From Octopus sinensis (Eukaryota), in the NCBI RefSeq assembly GCF_006345805.1, contig NC_042998.1, forward strand, positions 148,118,001 to 148,182,000: DNA of 64,000 nucleotides, read 5' to 3'. The notes beneath the pieces are model-generated. The model searched no databases and had not been told where the DNA came from. It saw only the letters and a list, made by a program, of their open reading frames with translations. Position 1 is the first letter of the stretch; the number at the start of each line of letters is the position of its first letter. Below, piece by piece: positions 1 to 13,544 of the stretch. The position numbers and the translations under genes were made by a program.

Positions 1-1453
1 TGCTTCTCAACGATGTGCTTTCTTCGGGTTTAGCTCCACTATGTGGTACCTTGGACAAGCGTTTTCTACTGTACTCCATGACTCTGACTCAAAATTTCTG
101 AGTTGATGTGGTAGACGGAAACTGAAGGAAGCCTGATTTGCGGTTTCTGATCGAAAAATCCTTTTCATTATCGTACATTGGGAGCTCAATAATTTTTACG
201 GGTTTTATATAAGATCTAATGAGTTATATTTCTGTGTGCGTTTCCTTATTAGTTGGCACATGAATAGGTCTTTGATTGGCGTTAATTAGCGCCAACATTT
301 TCCCTCTGAAGTGGCCCTCCATTCCCAACAGCTTCAGGTTGCCCAGAAGAAGGATGTTGTTACAAGTATCATCAAGACAATTTCAAGGCAATTATCTTCC
401 AATCACCTTTTAGGTTTGAAAGGCGGTTGATAGATAACACATAATTTGAGGTTTTCTGTGTTACATGGACAACCATCAACTGATATGAATAAGGGACACT
501 CAAGCAGTGATATTTCCCCTGCAATACGCAACCATTCCGACTGTAAATTCCAACAAGCATCCACTTTGACTTTCCCCCTTCCGGGATTGATAAAAGAAAA
601 CAAAATATCAATTAAGTACACCAATAGATGTCATCGACTTTACCCCCCACCCACACACCACACTACTCCACAAAAATTGTGACCACTGCCTTATGTTTAC
701 CATAACCTCCTCCTCCCCCCTCCTCTTCAGCCCCCTCCCATCCCCACCTCCTCCTCCTCCTCCTCCTCCTCCTCCTCCTCCAGATAAGCAAACAGGTGTC
801 ATAATTCTCACTTGTATAGGTTCACACATCAGCAGTAACAAAACATCAATATATATGTATATCAATATATATATATGTATGTATACACATATATATGTAC
901 ATATATATATATGTTTGTGTGTGTACATATATGTAAATACACACGCACACCCACACACCACTCATCCACACCCACACCCACACACCCACACCCACACACC
1001 ACACACCCACACCACACACCCACACCCACATGTACGTATCTTTTCATTGTTTTGATGTGGTGGAGGGGGACGTGTAAATGGCGAATGGGAACTGTGGAAA
1101 GAAGAGGAAGAGATAGTGTATAAAAATGTGTATGTATGTGTGTGTGCTGATGTTTATACAAACATCAATCACACACCAGCACACACACATACATACACAT
1201 TTTAATGTTAATATTTTTCAACTTTTTTCTTCTGTATTTGTTTCTGTCAATAAACTACGGCCATGTTAGGACACCACCTTGAAGGGTTTAGGAGAAATAA
1301 ATCGGTCTCAGTTCTTAGGTCCTTTTTCAGTCCGGCTCTTATTCTAATGGTATCTCTATCCTGAACCGCCAAGTTATGTAACATAAATTATTCAACTTTG
1401 GTTGTGCAGCGGTGTGAAGGCAAACGCGAATACGCGCGTGCGCGCACACACAT

Positions 1454-1501
<48 letters not shown>

Positions 1502-3003
1502 ACGCACACACACGCGCACACACATGCACACATACATACATTCGATTGGCTTCCACATAATTGCTGTCTACCAAATTAACTCACAAAGCATTGGTCGGGG
1601 CTTGAGGTGATAGTAGAAGACAAGTCCAAGGTGCCATTCAATGGGATTAAACCCCAAATCCCACGGTTGCGAAGCAAGTTTCTTAAACTTACAGACATGC
1701 CTGCTCCTAATGCCTATGATAATAGTTGTCATTGTATTACATATAGGGTTAGTGACAGTATATATGTATTAATGCAGTTTGTGTGAGTATGTTAGTGGTT
1801 CATAATCTAATCGTAGTTGTGTGTTTATGGTAATGTCAATGCTGTTGTGTAGACCTAGAGGACGTTTGAACGACCAGTCCCGTAATATACCCTTAAGCGA
1901 AAGGAATATCGTCGCAGCTGTGACTCATAAGAATATTAGACATAATTCGCCCTTCTTGAGGTTTGTCAAAAAACATGTACCCATTTGTCACATGCTTCAA
2001 CGAAATTCGTGCCTCGATATTTAAGAAACAGTGAATAATGCATTCACTGATATTGCGGAATGGCTGCCGAGCTGAATAATACTCCGTGCATGCAATTGAA
2101 GCAGCATTTAATTAAAATCGCAATCAGTCTATCATACTCAATTTATACACACTGTTGAGAGGCATTTTCTTTTGAATACTACTGTATTTTGAATACTAGG
2201 GTGTTGCGTTTATTTCTGGTTGAATAGAAGTGGTTTTACATGTTGTGACAGGGACATTGGGTATTGAAATATGTAGCGGTATCAAACTTCCCCCCTGGCA
2301 TATTCAGATGGGTCTTTCATTTAAGTAGCTTTGTTTCGGTGGTCTGTGTGTTGGATCTGTGTACAACCTGTTGCGTTGTGTACATTATTATTTAATGTCA
2401 TTTTGTTGTGGAAATATCGTGGTCCCAATCAGGCTGTAAAATTGATTATCTGTCTAATGTATTGTTTGTAGACTGTTGTCGTAGCTTCTTTCTTCTAGAT
2501 ATCATACATGGGCTTGTTCTACGTACGTTTGTACCTTGAGTTATTTCCTTTACTATGCATATATGTTGTGTGTAGGTGCAATATGGCCGATTGGGTAAGG
2601 AATTCCCTTCTCAACGATAGTTAGACCCCACCATATAACAACTTGGACAAATGTCATGTTCTGTAGCCTTGGGTCGACCCATACTTTGTGAGTGAAAATG
2701 GGCAAGCGGAAACTGTAAAGAAGCCTGTAACTGTAACTGCACTTGGAAAGTACAGCGTTGTCACACATTGTGTCAGGATTATTCTTCCTGAGAATTATGT
2801 TAAGGGCGCAATGTGTCTGTGGAGTACTCAGCTACTTATATGTTAATTCAGGCACAGGTACTTCAGTTAATTGAACAATTGAATCTTCATCATCAAACGA
2901 CGGACATCCGCTACATGTCGTGAGATGTTACTGTTGTAGAGGTGTAACAATATTATTCTCAACTGTGCGTTTGTGTGTCTTTGAGTGTTTTTATGTGGTG
3001 TGT

Positions 3004-3048
<45 letters not shown>

Positions 3049-4098
3049 TGAGAGGGAGAGAAGGAGAAAGAGAGGAAGAGAGAGACAGAGAGACAGATGC
3101 TTTTGTTGATGATTATGATGGTTGATTTTGATGTTCTTTTCTGTTGATGGCACGAACGGAGACAGTAGTACTGTGTAAGTACTACTACTATAAATCTGTT
3201 GTTTCGCAATAAGATATCTCGTTGGTGATAGTTATGCATCTGTCTTGAGAAAATCAGATAATATGAGTGTTATATCAACAGTGTATGATACTGTGTTTTG
3301 AAGAGGTGTGTGAAGGTCTTATGGGTAAAAATTGGATGGGTTAATAGGCTGGGTACCTTGTGGTACTACATTAGGAATATTGATAATTCTGGAAGTGTTT
3401 TCTGTTAAATGTGGTATTGTTATTAATGATATAAAAATTATTTAGACCAAGGAGAAAGGGAAACAGAGGCCTTCTTCGTCTGAAAACGTTGGCGCAAATT
3501 ATGCTTAATTCGTTTCATGATTAAAAGAAATTGTTTAATGTTTAACGGAAATAACCTAGAAACGCTAACTACATGAAATGCAAGAATTGAATGTTGGGTA
3601 ACATACATAATGTAATGGAAAATATATTACGTTTTGTGAAAAATTATCTTTGCAGTAAGATAATAATTAATTTTAATTAAATCAGGTCAAGACATAAGGG
3701 CGACAACTCCAAAACTTGAATTCATCAAAATTAGAATTACGCATGCAACGAGGAGATAAAACATTAATCAAGGATCAGAATTTATTTTATATAATTCGGT
3801 CTTATTAGCGCTTTCTTTATATGGGTATAGCAGCAGCAACAGTAGTAGTGGTGGTAGTAGTAGTACAATGCGATTTGTGGGTGATGGTGGTAGTGTCATA
3901 TGTAAGGCTGCAATAGGATAAATGACGATGTGTGTTTATTAGTAGTACTGTATTTATACTTATTGTGGCTGTTACGGAATGCGTTACATCCATGGCCATA
4001 CCATCAAATTTTCAAGCATAGTCTATCTACGATCTTGCCCTCCCTTCTTTCAGACGTTAGAGTGCAATTTAAGGTGTGTGTGTATGTGTGTGTGTGTA

Positions 4099-4157
<59 letters not shown>

Positions 4158-4248
4158 TGTGTGCTTGCATTATATACATGTTTGCATTAATAAGCATGCT
4201 ACGCATTAGCCACACGCTCCTCTGAATCCAGTTCTTATACTACACACG

Positions 4249-4297
<49 letters not shown>

Positions 4298-4306
4298 TCA
4301 TATATA

Positions 4307-5521
4307 TTGGGTCAGCCCATAAATAATGCGGTTTTCTTCTTTTATTTTTCAAAATAAATATACTCTTCTGCAATTTCTTCATTTTCTACATTTTCTACAA
4401 TGCTCTTGCAAGGCCCTTCTTCCAAAATTCACTTTCCGTGGTGAAAAATACTCCTCCAGTACTGTTCTCACCTCGTCTACAGAATTCATATTTTTTCTGT
4501 CCAAAGGATTTTGAAGACTGCGGAATAAATGAGAATGAGATGGGGCAATGCCCGGCGAATATGGTGGAAGGGGCATCGTTTCCCATTCAAATTGCTCCAG
4601 CCTTTGGAATGTCATCCTCGTTGTATTTGGCCGAGCATTAACCTGATAGAAGAACACCTATCGTCTTGAAACCAAAGATGGTCGTTTTCCTTCTAGCGTT
4701 GACTTAAGCCTCTCAAGCTTCTTGCAGTAGATTTTCTTATCATTTGGTTTGTGTTTAAAAGTTCAAAGTGGACTAAACTTTTCATATCCACCAAACAACA
4801 CCTTACGTGGGTGAAAACCTTTAGTTTGGGGTGCCGGTGTTTTCCCTTTCCCTACCCACTGTCGGCGCTTAACATTTTTATACAAAACATATTTCTCAAC
4901 ACCAGTCACTATTCGACTCAAAAAAGGTTCATTCGTGAGACGTGACGGCAAAGAACAGCACACATAGTCTCTGCGCGCAATTAGACTGGGAAAGTTTGTG
5001 AGGAACCCATTGACCCAATTTGCTGACTTTTACGATGGCATGCAAATGTCGATGAATGGTTGAATGACCAAATTCAAGCTTCTCTGCTAGCTCCTAAACA
5101 GTCACGATGGATTTTGTTCTACCAGGGTTTGTAGGACATCCTCGTCGAGCCTTACAGATCTTCCAGGACGAAGCTCATCTACTAGGCTGTACTTCCCGGC
5201 TCGGAATTTCTGGAACCACCGTTCAAACTGGCTTACATTTAATGTTCGATCCCTATATACTGAATTAATATTTCTCGCACCTTTCGTTGTTGCTTTTGTT
5301 AAACTCATAAAGCAAAATATGCCGAATATGCTCCTTTGTTACATCCCTTATAGCTTTGAAAAAATAACAGTTAAAATCGAATTGCACTCTTCAGAATAAG
5401 TACAAAGTAAAATTACTACCTGCTTTTATAGCAATTTGATGCTGGTAGTTTGTCTCGCCCCCCCCCTCCGACTTTTAGTTCATGCAGTTCAAAAAATCGT
5501 ATTACTTATGGGATGGCCCAA
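4307..5521 (-). mobile_element. Full-length decayed mariner (Tc1/mariner) DNA transposon
   Basis: Imperfect TIRs (TTGGGTCAGCCCATAAATAATGCGG at 4307; reverse complement of TTGGGCCATCCCATAAGTAATACG ending 5521) flanked by TA. Frameshifted minus-strand transposase pieces: HTH (RWFQKFRAG, 5102-5308), DDE start (FLSRIVTGVEKYVLY, 4763-4963), C-terminal PPYSPGIAPSHSHLFRSLQN (4379-4657). Confidence 0.9.
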
Positions 5522-5721
5522 TATGTATATAATAGATTTGTGACTATTCGGTGGTATAGAAGTATTTTTTGACTTCTATTATTTAGCGATATAGGTACTC
5601 ATGTAGTACCCTTGTATATATATATGTGTAAATATCTAATATTGTATGTATACATTTTATTAATTTGCCTGTACGGCTGATAAATCGCTTACCACTCGTG
5701 ATGGTATTTTAATAATACCAT

Positions 5722-5761
<40 letters not shown>

Positions 5762-5879
5762 ACTAGGGTAAACACTGGGGAAAAATGAAGTTAATGACAT
5801 TAAAACGATATAAAAAAAATGAAAAGAAAAAAGAAAACTTAGGATTAGGGTTGGATTGTAGTTAGGATTAGAGTTATGT

Positions 5880-6050
5880 GTGTGTCTATACATGCATCGC
5901 CATATTTAAATAACAGGCATGGCTGTATGCTGTGCTACGTCGAACTATACGAGATATTAAACTATCCGAGTATCCTGCTTAATAAGACACGAAAATTGAA
6001 ATACATAACATCACGGGAGAAGTGCATTCGCATTCCTCAAACCTGTTATG
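5880..6050 (+). mobile_element. Probable Penelope-like 3' remnant (GIY-YIG C-terminal tail)
   Basis: Translation CMLCYVELYEILNYPSILLNK resembles the CxLCxxExxxI...LLNK tail of Penelope ORFs, also seen at 12810-12880. Confidence 0.45.
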
Positions 6051-6368
6051 TAATGTCTATTGATATCAAACTATCTTCCTGGAAATTATTGTTAATTCTG
6101 TAATTCTCTCACTCTTATTCTACCTATGTCACCGTTATATGTTTCGTCCGTATGTTTACATTGCATATTATAACTGTGATGTAATGTATAACCTCATTCT
6201 GGACACATTTCCCTCCCTCATTTATATCTATATTTATATTTGTATTTATATGGATATTCATATTATCTTCTCTCACTTCCTAACTGATTCTGGATTCTCT
6301 TATTCCAATTCTATACTGACCTTTAATTACTCCGCTATATGTTATATTTTATATACTCTTTTACACGT

Positions 6369-6620
6369 TTCAGCCATTTGATTGCGGCCATGCTGGAGCA
6401 CTGCCTTTAGTCGAACAAATCGATTACAGGACTTATTCTTTGTAAGTCTAGTATTCTATCGGGTCTCTTTTGCCGAACCGCTAAGTTTCGGGGACATAAG
6501 CACACCAACATTGGTTTTCAAGTGGTGGTGGTGGTGGGTGTGGGACAAACACAGACACAAAGGCATACGCACATAAATACACACACACACACACACATAC
6601 ACATACACAACGGGCTATAA
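6369..6620 (-). mobile_element. SINE family A, 3' half
   Basis: Matches the 3' body of the copies at 7196-7560, 29030-29440 and 44668-45085 (GCGGCCATGCTGGAGCAC...GCCGAACCGCTAAG...GGGACAAACACAGACAC). Confidence 0.8.
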
Positions 6621-7195
6621 TAATACTCTTGTGTTTATGAATGAGAAAGGAAGGGGTGATAGATGAATAAGGAAGGAAGGTGTGATGTCATACTTAGCAG
6701 TGGGATGATGAAAATTGTACGCTGAAAAAATAAATCAAACAGCGTTTCAACTCTGTGTGAATATATATGTATGTAAAAGGGGGTGTTTGTGAATGTGTGT
6801 GTTTGTGTGTGTGCTCGCACAATGGAAGTGGGATGGTCCATCGTTGTTCGCTTAATATTTGGGTTTATTTTTTCATTTGTTTGAATCTTGGTTTTTTTTT
6901 TTGGTCAGTTATTTTTAACATTTTGACAGAAAAAAGTCATTCTAAAATTGACTTTTAACGTAAGCATGCCCAAACAAGTCGAATGCTTACACAGAGCAGG
7001 TTTTACAGCCACATCATCCAAACCGACCGATTGAAACTGGGCTTAGCTGCTAGTATACATATATATATATATTTATATATTTTAATTTTTGTTGTTTATA
7101 TTCTTTTTATATTCTTCTGTATCTTAAATTCTTATATTTTTGTAAATTATCATTTACATTATGTGATATTTTTCATTACTCTCTCTTTTACTCTT

Positions 7196-7560
7196 TTACT
7201 TGTTTCAGTCATTTGACTGCGGCCATGCTGGAGCACCGCCTTTAGTCGAGCAAATCGACCCCGGGACTTATTTTTTGTAAGCCCAGTACTTATTCTATCG
7301 GTCTCATTTGCCGAACCGCTAATTGACGGGGACGTAAACACACCAGCATCGGTTGTCAAGCAATGCTAGGGGGACAAACACAGACACACACACATATATA
7401 TACATATATACGACAGGCTTCTTTCAGTTTCCGTCTACCAAATCCACTCACAAGGCATTGGTCGGCCCGGGGCTATAGCAGAAGACACTTGCCCAAGATG
7501 CCACGCAGTGGGACTGAACCCGGAACCATGTGGTTGGTTAGCAAGCTACTTACCACATAG
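7196..7560 (-). mobile_element. tRNA-derived SINE family A, near complete
   Basis: Minus-strand head GTGGTAAGTAGCTTG...GGTTCAGTCC (A/B-box-like), internal CA/TA microsatellite and AAAAGAGT tail; multiple copies in the window. Confidence 0.85.
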
Positions 7561-7649
7561 TCGCTCCTGCGCCCATTCATTCCTTGAATATTTTCGTAAT
7601 TGTATTGTTTTTATAATACCCCGATGAATATACGAAATTTTTATTTTAT

Positions 7650-8640
7650 TTTGGCGTGGAACTGTGCCTGGGAATGAAATGTAGATCTATTTTCATAACC
7701 CTAATAAGAGAAATCAGTGGTGTCGTCCCGGCCAGGATTCAGAACCTGTTGTTAAACAAGAATCTTTTGAACGGAAGGTCATGTTATGATGTTTCAAGGA
7801 AGATGACACTAGCCTTGAAGTCTGGTCTCTTCATTGGTCAGGGAGAATTGGTGTTGTGGAAGATGAGAACTTGCTTGAAATAATTGAATAACAGCCAAGC
7901 ACAAGTACTGCCGGCAGAACTTTGTCCTTCACAAATCACTATCGATCGATATCTCCATAAGCTCGGTTCTGTGAATAGACGCTGTCAAGAAGACTCTCAC
8001 GAACTGACCAATGACTAGGCTCAACGACTTGCGAACATTCTCAAACAACTAATGCCCGTTTTTAGCATCAAATAGTAATTGGATAGAAAATGGATCTATT
8101 TTCGTAATCCTAATAAAAGAAATCAGTGGTTTCGTCCCGGCCAGGCTGCTGTCGAACGAAGTCAGTTTGAACAGAAGGTCATGTTGTGTGTTTGGAGGAT
8201 TTTGAAGAAGTGTTACATTTCGAGTTTGTCTCAGACGATACTCAACAACTGTAGCGAGTATAAGATGCGTTGTTCAGTGGAAGACGTGCACTCCTACAGC
8301 ATGACAATTTCTCCAGCACACACTACCAATATGACCAAGTGAAAACTTGAGGAACTTGAGAGGGTGAAAGTGCTGCCTCAACCTCCCTACGGTCCAGACT
8401 TTGCACCATCAGATTGCTAAGTCATGGCTCATTTCCTGCAAGAAAGGAAGTTCAACTGTGGATGAAGTTGAAAACAGGTGCAGGGAAGTTCTTGCCTCTA
8501 AACCAGCCAAATGGTATGAACATCGAACTGAGCTCTTGACACAAAGACGGCAACAGACAATAGAATACGCTGGGATATATTTTGATGAAGAATCACTCTT
8601 CGTATGAAATTTGTTTGAACTATTAATTAAAACTAAAAGT
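7650..8640 (+). mobile_element. Decayed mariner transposase fragment with internal duplication
   Basis: WIYFRNPNKRNQW...QKVMLCVW (8079-8342) and a PYGPDFAPSD-like motif near 8385-8415; a ~55-bp segment is repeated near 7685 and 8093. Confidence 0.75.
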
Positions 8641-9261
8641 ACGAGAAACACTTGTGCGTGTGTGTGTATCTTGTCTGTGTATATATGCATGTGTGTGTGT
8701 GTATATATGCATGTATATATACATATATATGTAGGTATGTGCATATATGTATGTATATATGCATATATTTATATATTATATATGTTCTGTCTGTCTATGT
8801 GTGTGTCTTCTAGGATCTCGGGCATCCTCCATCCTATTGCGCTCAAATTTGATATGTAGATACCCACGGTATCAGGGCGTGTATAAGCCTTGAAAAAATT
8901 ACAAAAATCTATTCCAGGTGAGAATGCAATCGATAAAGCCGTGGGAACGTGTATTTGTACGCGCAAGTACATCAGTCGAAATCCGTCTTTTGCTGGTGTC
9001 TTAAATTTAGGTTAAATGAGTGTTTCTCAAAGGGGAGGCCTATGGGACGGTCGGACAAGTTATTTTGAGAAAATTTGGTTTAAATGTTTGGCAACTCAGC
9101 ACCGACCATTGGACGGGGGGGGGGGGGCATTTTGCTCGTTATATATATATATATATATATATAACGGGAAGCTTTATTAAAATAGACAAAAGACGAAGGC
9201 AGGAGGAAAACAAACAAACAATTGTATTAGTATGGCGCTCAGGAAATATAAATAAAACAAG

Positions 9262-9296
9262 TCTTTAACGTTTCGAGCCTACGCTCTTCAACAGAA
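9262..9296 (-). ncRNA. Minimal type I hammerhead-like motif with variant core (CUGUUGA)
   Basis: Minus strand CTGTTGA-A-GAGC-GTAG-GCTC-GAAA-CG-TA: 4-bp stem II and palindromic ACGT stem III; stem I mostly lost to an adjacent (TA)n. Confidence 0.55.
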
Positions 9297-9395
9297 TATA
9301 TATATATATATGTATATATATATGTATATATATATGATATATATGTATATATATATATATATATGTATATATATGTATATATATATATGTATATA

Positions 9396-9458
<63 letters not shown>

Positions 9459-9676
9459 AAAGAAAGGGAAATAGAGAGAAATAAGTGGGGGAGCCGATAT
9501 GGTGTCAACGAAGAATTTTCATTGTTTATATGTCAAAATTCCAATTTTTCATTTTTGTTGTTCTATTAAAGAATTTATCACCACTTATGGTCCATTGTTA
9601 TGTGGAATGTCCCATAATGTTTTCTGTAAATCAATATTGTACTCTACAACACGATGAATTCCAGTCTTAATTCCGA

Positions 9677-9725
<49 letters not shown>

Positions 9726-10128
9726 AGAGAACAATAGTTAGACATAAAGGTTTAATTAAACATTAAGTACACATTAGAGAATTATATTATATTATATTAC
9801 ACACACACACGTGCATGTATGTATGTTTGCTGAAATGTGTAGAAGCTTAGAATGTTATAATCATTATCGTGGTGGCTGGTGGAAAAATGACATCGCAGTA
9901 TTTCGGTCTATTCGTTACGTGCTTTATTGTTCAGAGTTAGCTTTATTGCAATGTATCTATATTAGAAATCATAATGGATCTTCCGTCTGTGGCAACGATT
10001 ACTACCCGTTTTTTGGAAATCGTACTACTACCAATAAGTTTTTTCACATTAGCACAAATATTGATTTCAAATTTTGGCACAAGGCCAGACATTTCGAGGG
10101 TGGGGGTAAGTCGATTACATCGGCCCTA

Positions 10129-10172
<44 letters not shown>

Positions 10173-10235
10173 TGACCTGGAGAAAAGAAAAGAAACGAAA
10201 CGATGCGAGGGCGCTCAGTCATACAATAATTTTCC

Positions 10236-10273
<38 letters not shown>

Positions 10274-10578
10274 TCCTCATCTCTCTCTCTGCCGAGTCGA
10301 CCAACTTCCTTTCACTCGTAGCCTTCTACAAGTCAACACAACTTGCACTCTGAATTTTTCCATCGTCTAGGCTTAAAAAAAGGCCCTCAATGTTGGTTTC
10401 CTTGTCCTGTTTTTATTCTTTATGTGTACTGTATTTTTTGTATTTGTATTTTTATTTGTATTTTTATTTGTATTGCTTTTACGTCCTGTTCTTGTCACAT
10501 TTTTTTCTTTCCTTGTTTTTACCCCTCTGCAAAGGAATTTTATTTAATTCTTTTGCAGGAAGGACTTGTTCGTCGGGT

Positions 10579-10640
10579 CGTGTTCTGTCCTTACCTTCGA
10601 AACACGCATGGAGTCGAATCAGGGACAGCTGATGAAGGGG
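10579..10640 (+). ncRNA. Candidate hammerhead ribozyme with reversed (pseudoknotted) block order
   Basis: CGTGT-T-CTGTCCTT / CTTC-GAAA-CACG / AGGGACAG-CTGATGA-A-GGGG: 8-bp stem I, 4-bp stem II (two G-U), 5-bp stem III and all core nucleotides, in non-standard order. Confidence 0.5.
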
Positions 10641-10773
10641 AATATTCCTTGTGTTGTTTATCTTGTACTCTGTTTTTTCGTTGTTAAAAAAAAGTCCGTT
10701 TCCATGTTTGTTTTTATGTTTTCGTTTCTCGTTGAGTTCTACGTCTATTTGTGGTGTCCTGTGCTCATATATA

Positions 10774-10809
<36 letters not shown>

Positions 10810-10865
10810 ATTATTGGTGAATTGAAGAAATGGAGCTGAACGCAGATTGAACAGAAATCGTTTTA

Positions 10866-10956
10866 TTCATTCTACACGTGTTTCGAAAGGCACAAATTAC
10901 CAAAATCCGATTGAATAATGGGACCATATGTGTTTGTCTTTCTCTTCAGGAAGAAA
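10866..10956 (-). ncRNA. Type I hammerhead ribozyme (inverted pLTR copy)
   Basis: Reverse complement of the motif at 13545-13633, with core intact. Confidence 0.75.
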
Positions 10957-11281
10957 AAAGGAAATCCGTTGGAAAAACAAAAACAGAACAGAGGCAGAGC
11001 AAAAAAACAAATCGAACTGTGCTCCTAAGAGCCCATGGCGAAACTGTTTATCAGTGTATGTTGAGAACCGGTGGCTGAAGAATTCAACAGGTCAGGCATC
11101 GGTCAAACATGTGGGTGGGGTGTATAGATGTTCTTTGTGACCGAGAATAAAGTTCTGACTATTTAAAGAATATTGGATGGTTTATAAGGGGCGAGAAAAA
11201 TCTACTTAGAGACGTGGGTGTGTGTATACTGTTCTATATATGTGTTGTTGGCGTAGGGGTAGAAAACATTTACGAATTGTC

Positions 11282-12941
11282 CGATCAATTCCCGGAAATC
11301 GCGGCGGGCTGTATCGTGACGATTGTCTGTTTTACCTGCAAAACACCACGAACAGAATAGTGCAGAAAACTAAGAGCAGGTTAGCTAGGTTTTTTAATAG
11401 AATGGGCATGAGTATAGTTTTTGATAACGAACTCACCAAGGCTAATTTCCTAGACGTTACACTTAACCTTAATAGCGACTCATACTGCCCTTACCATAAG
11501 CCTTCCACTAATTTGAAGTATGTCAGTGTCTTCTCAAATCATGCCAAAACCGTAACAGACAATTTGGTTAAAAACATCTCTCTAAGATTGTCTGGCCTGT
11601 CCGCCAGTGCCGATATTTTTATGCAGAAAGCGGATTTTTATAACGCCGCACTATCCAAGGCCGGTTATAGGCAGAAGGTAATTTATATTGATCCGGCCCT
11701 TCCGATGCCATCATTCGGTCATCAGGATAGGGCCGTATATAATAACATTAACATTTTAAGTAAGGACGGGAGCGCGGCGGATACCGGGGTAGTCGCTCCC
11801 GCATTTAATTTAGCGAACAAGGATAATTATCGGTCCGGGAGGTCTTACACTAACCCAAGACCCGTTATTCATCCGAGAATCACCCACCCAAATGCGAGAG
11901 CTGGCGTCCCGACCCATCACACTGATAGGAATAAGCATATATGGTTTGTAATCCCCTTTGGTAAGCAGATTAGAACTAACCTCCCCCTCATGTTTAGACA
12001 AGCCATCGCCAATAACTTCCCCAGAAATTCCAAATATTACTCCACGGTTAACTCACATAAAGTTAGGATAGCTTTCTCCAACACTAAAAACCTCGCCCAG
12101 ATAATCGCCTCCCATAATAATAGGCTACTTACTAAGACCCTATCACCTTTTTCCGGAGGCACAGCCTCTTCCGCTCCCGGCTTAATGCTCAGTAGGAATA
12201 ATTATAGTAGTAATAATGATATGAGAGCCAGTACAGTGACACATAATCTCAGCTCCAGCCAGGAGTACCCACTAGGGGTATAGTTATAAATAGGGGTGTT
12301 GTGGTTGATGGTAACAATGGGAGTAGGGTAGAGAGCCCTTTAGCATCCCCAGCATCATTTCCCGCAATAGCAGTACCACGGGCAGTAGCAAACGACAGCA
12401 CTCTGATAGATAGTGGAGAATCAGGGGTTATTCCTATAGTTAATAGTGACGTAGTGGAAAATAGAGTAGTAAGCGGCTGCAGGTCTCGGAACGAATATAG
12501 TGACAGGAACGCAGTTCTAATTTCAGAAACAATCCTAGCAGAGTAAGATTCACGTCGGCGAACTCCAAGATCAAAAACGCCGTCTACCAATGCAAGGTTT
12601 ACACGGACTCAGATGCCTTCACTTATATAGGGGCATCGTCCTCAAGATTGTCTTTGCGTGTCTCCAACCATTACGCAACTTTTCGGGACGTGAACAAGCG
12701 CCAGACCACGGGACTCAGTAAGCTAATATGGCGACTGAAGGATGCGAACTTAAGCTATAGGCTGGAATGGTCAATTTTGTCGGTGGCCCTCCCATTTGAT
12801 AGGGGCAGAAGACAGTGCAACCTTTGTGTCTCCGAACTCTTCCATATTTTGTTTGCCAGAGGCCGGATGGTAAACGGGCTCTTACAGTCGGCTTTTCGAT
12901 GCCCCCATTGGCGGCGTTACACTTATCTGGCCTTTAAATAG
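11282..12941 (+). pseudogene. Penelope RT-thumb-GIY-YIG ORF, 5'-truncated and frameshifted
   Basis: The coding pieces lie in three different frames (11222-12283, 12301-12546, ~12504-12941). Confidence 0.8.
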
Positions 12942-13544
12942 CGTTCATAAATAAGACCGGCACCCATAGCCCTTGGTAACAAATTCTGAAATTTTAAGAT
13001 TTTAAGATTCTACAATTAACACTGCAAGGGAAATTACTCCTGTAAGACAAACGGGGCTTGTTTTTCACAGCGGGGGGGTTTCCTTGTCAAGGTAGGCTTA
13101 GATGAACACACACACACACACATAAACATAAAATATATATATATATTCTTTATTTTTTTCTTTCTGCCACCCAACGGTTATCACGGCAGTAGCCACTGAC
13201 AGCCGAACGATCAAACGCACACACGTACACAAAAAATGTTTTCTACCCCTACGCCAACACACACATATATAGAACAGTATACACACACACACGTCTCTAA
13301 GTAGATTTTTTCTCGCCCCTTATAAAACATCCAATATTCTTTAAATAGTCAGAACTTTTTCTCGGTCACAAAGAACATCTATACACCCCACCCACATGTT
13401 TGACCGATGCCTGACCTGTGAATTCTTCAGCCACCGGTTCTCAACATACACTGATAAACAGTTTCGCCATGGGCTCTTAGGAGCACAGTTCGATTTGTTT
13501 TTTGCTCGCCTCTGTTCTGTTTTGTTTTTCCAACGGATTTCCTT

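Noticed and set aside
2640-2800. Exon-like open stretch (PWVDPYFVSENGQAETVKKP...) after a TGTAG acceptor
   Set aside because: No recognisable domain, no convincing donor and no partner exons.
7490-7560. tRNA genes at SINE heads (also 39263, 44668, 54900-54975, 57433)
   Set aside because: A/B boxes are present, but I could not fold a complete cloverleaf, and each continues into a SINE body.
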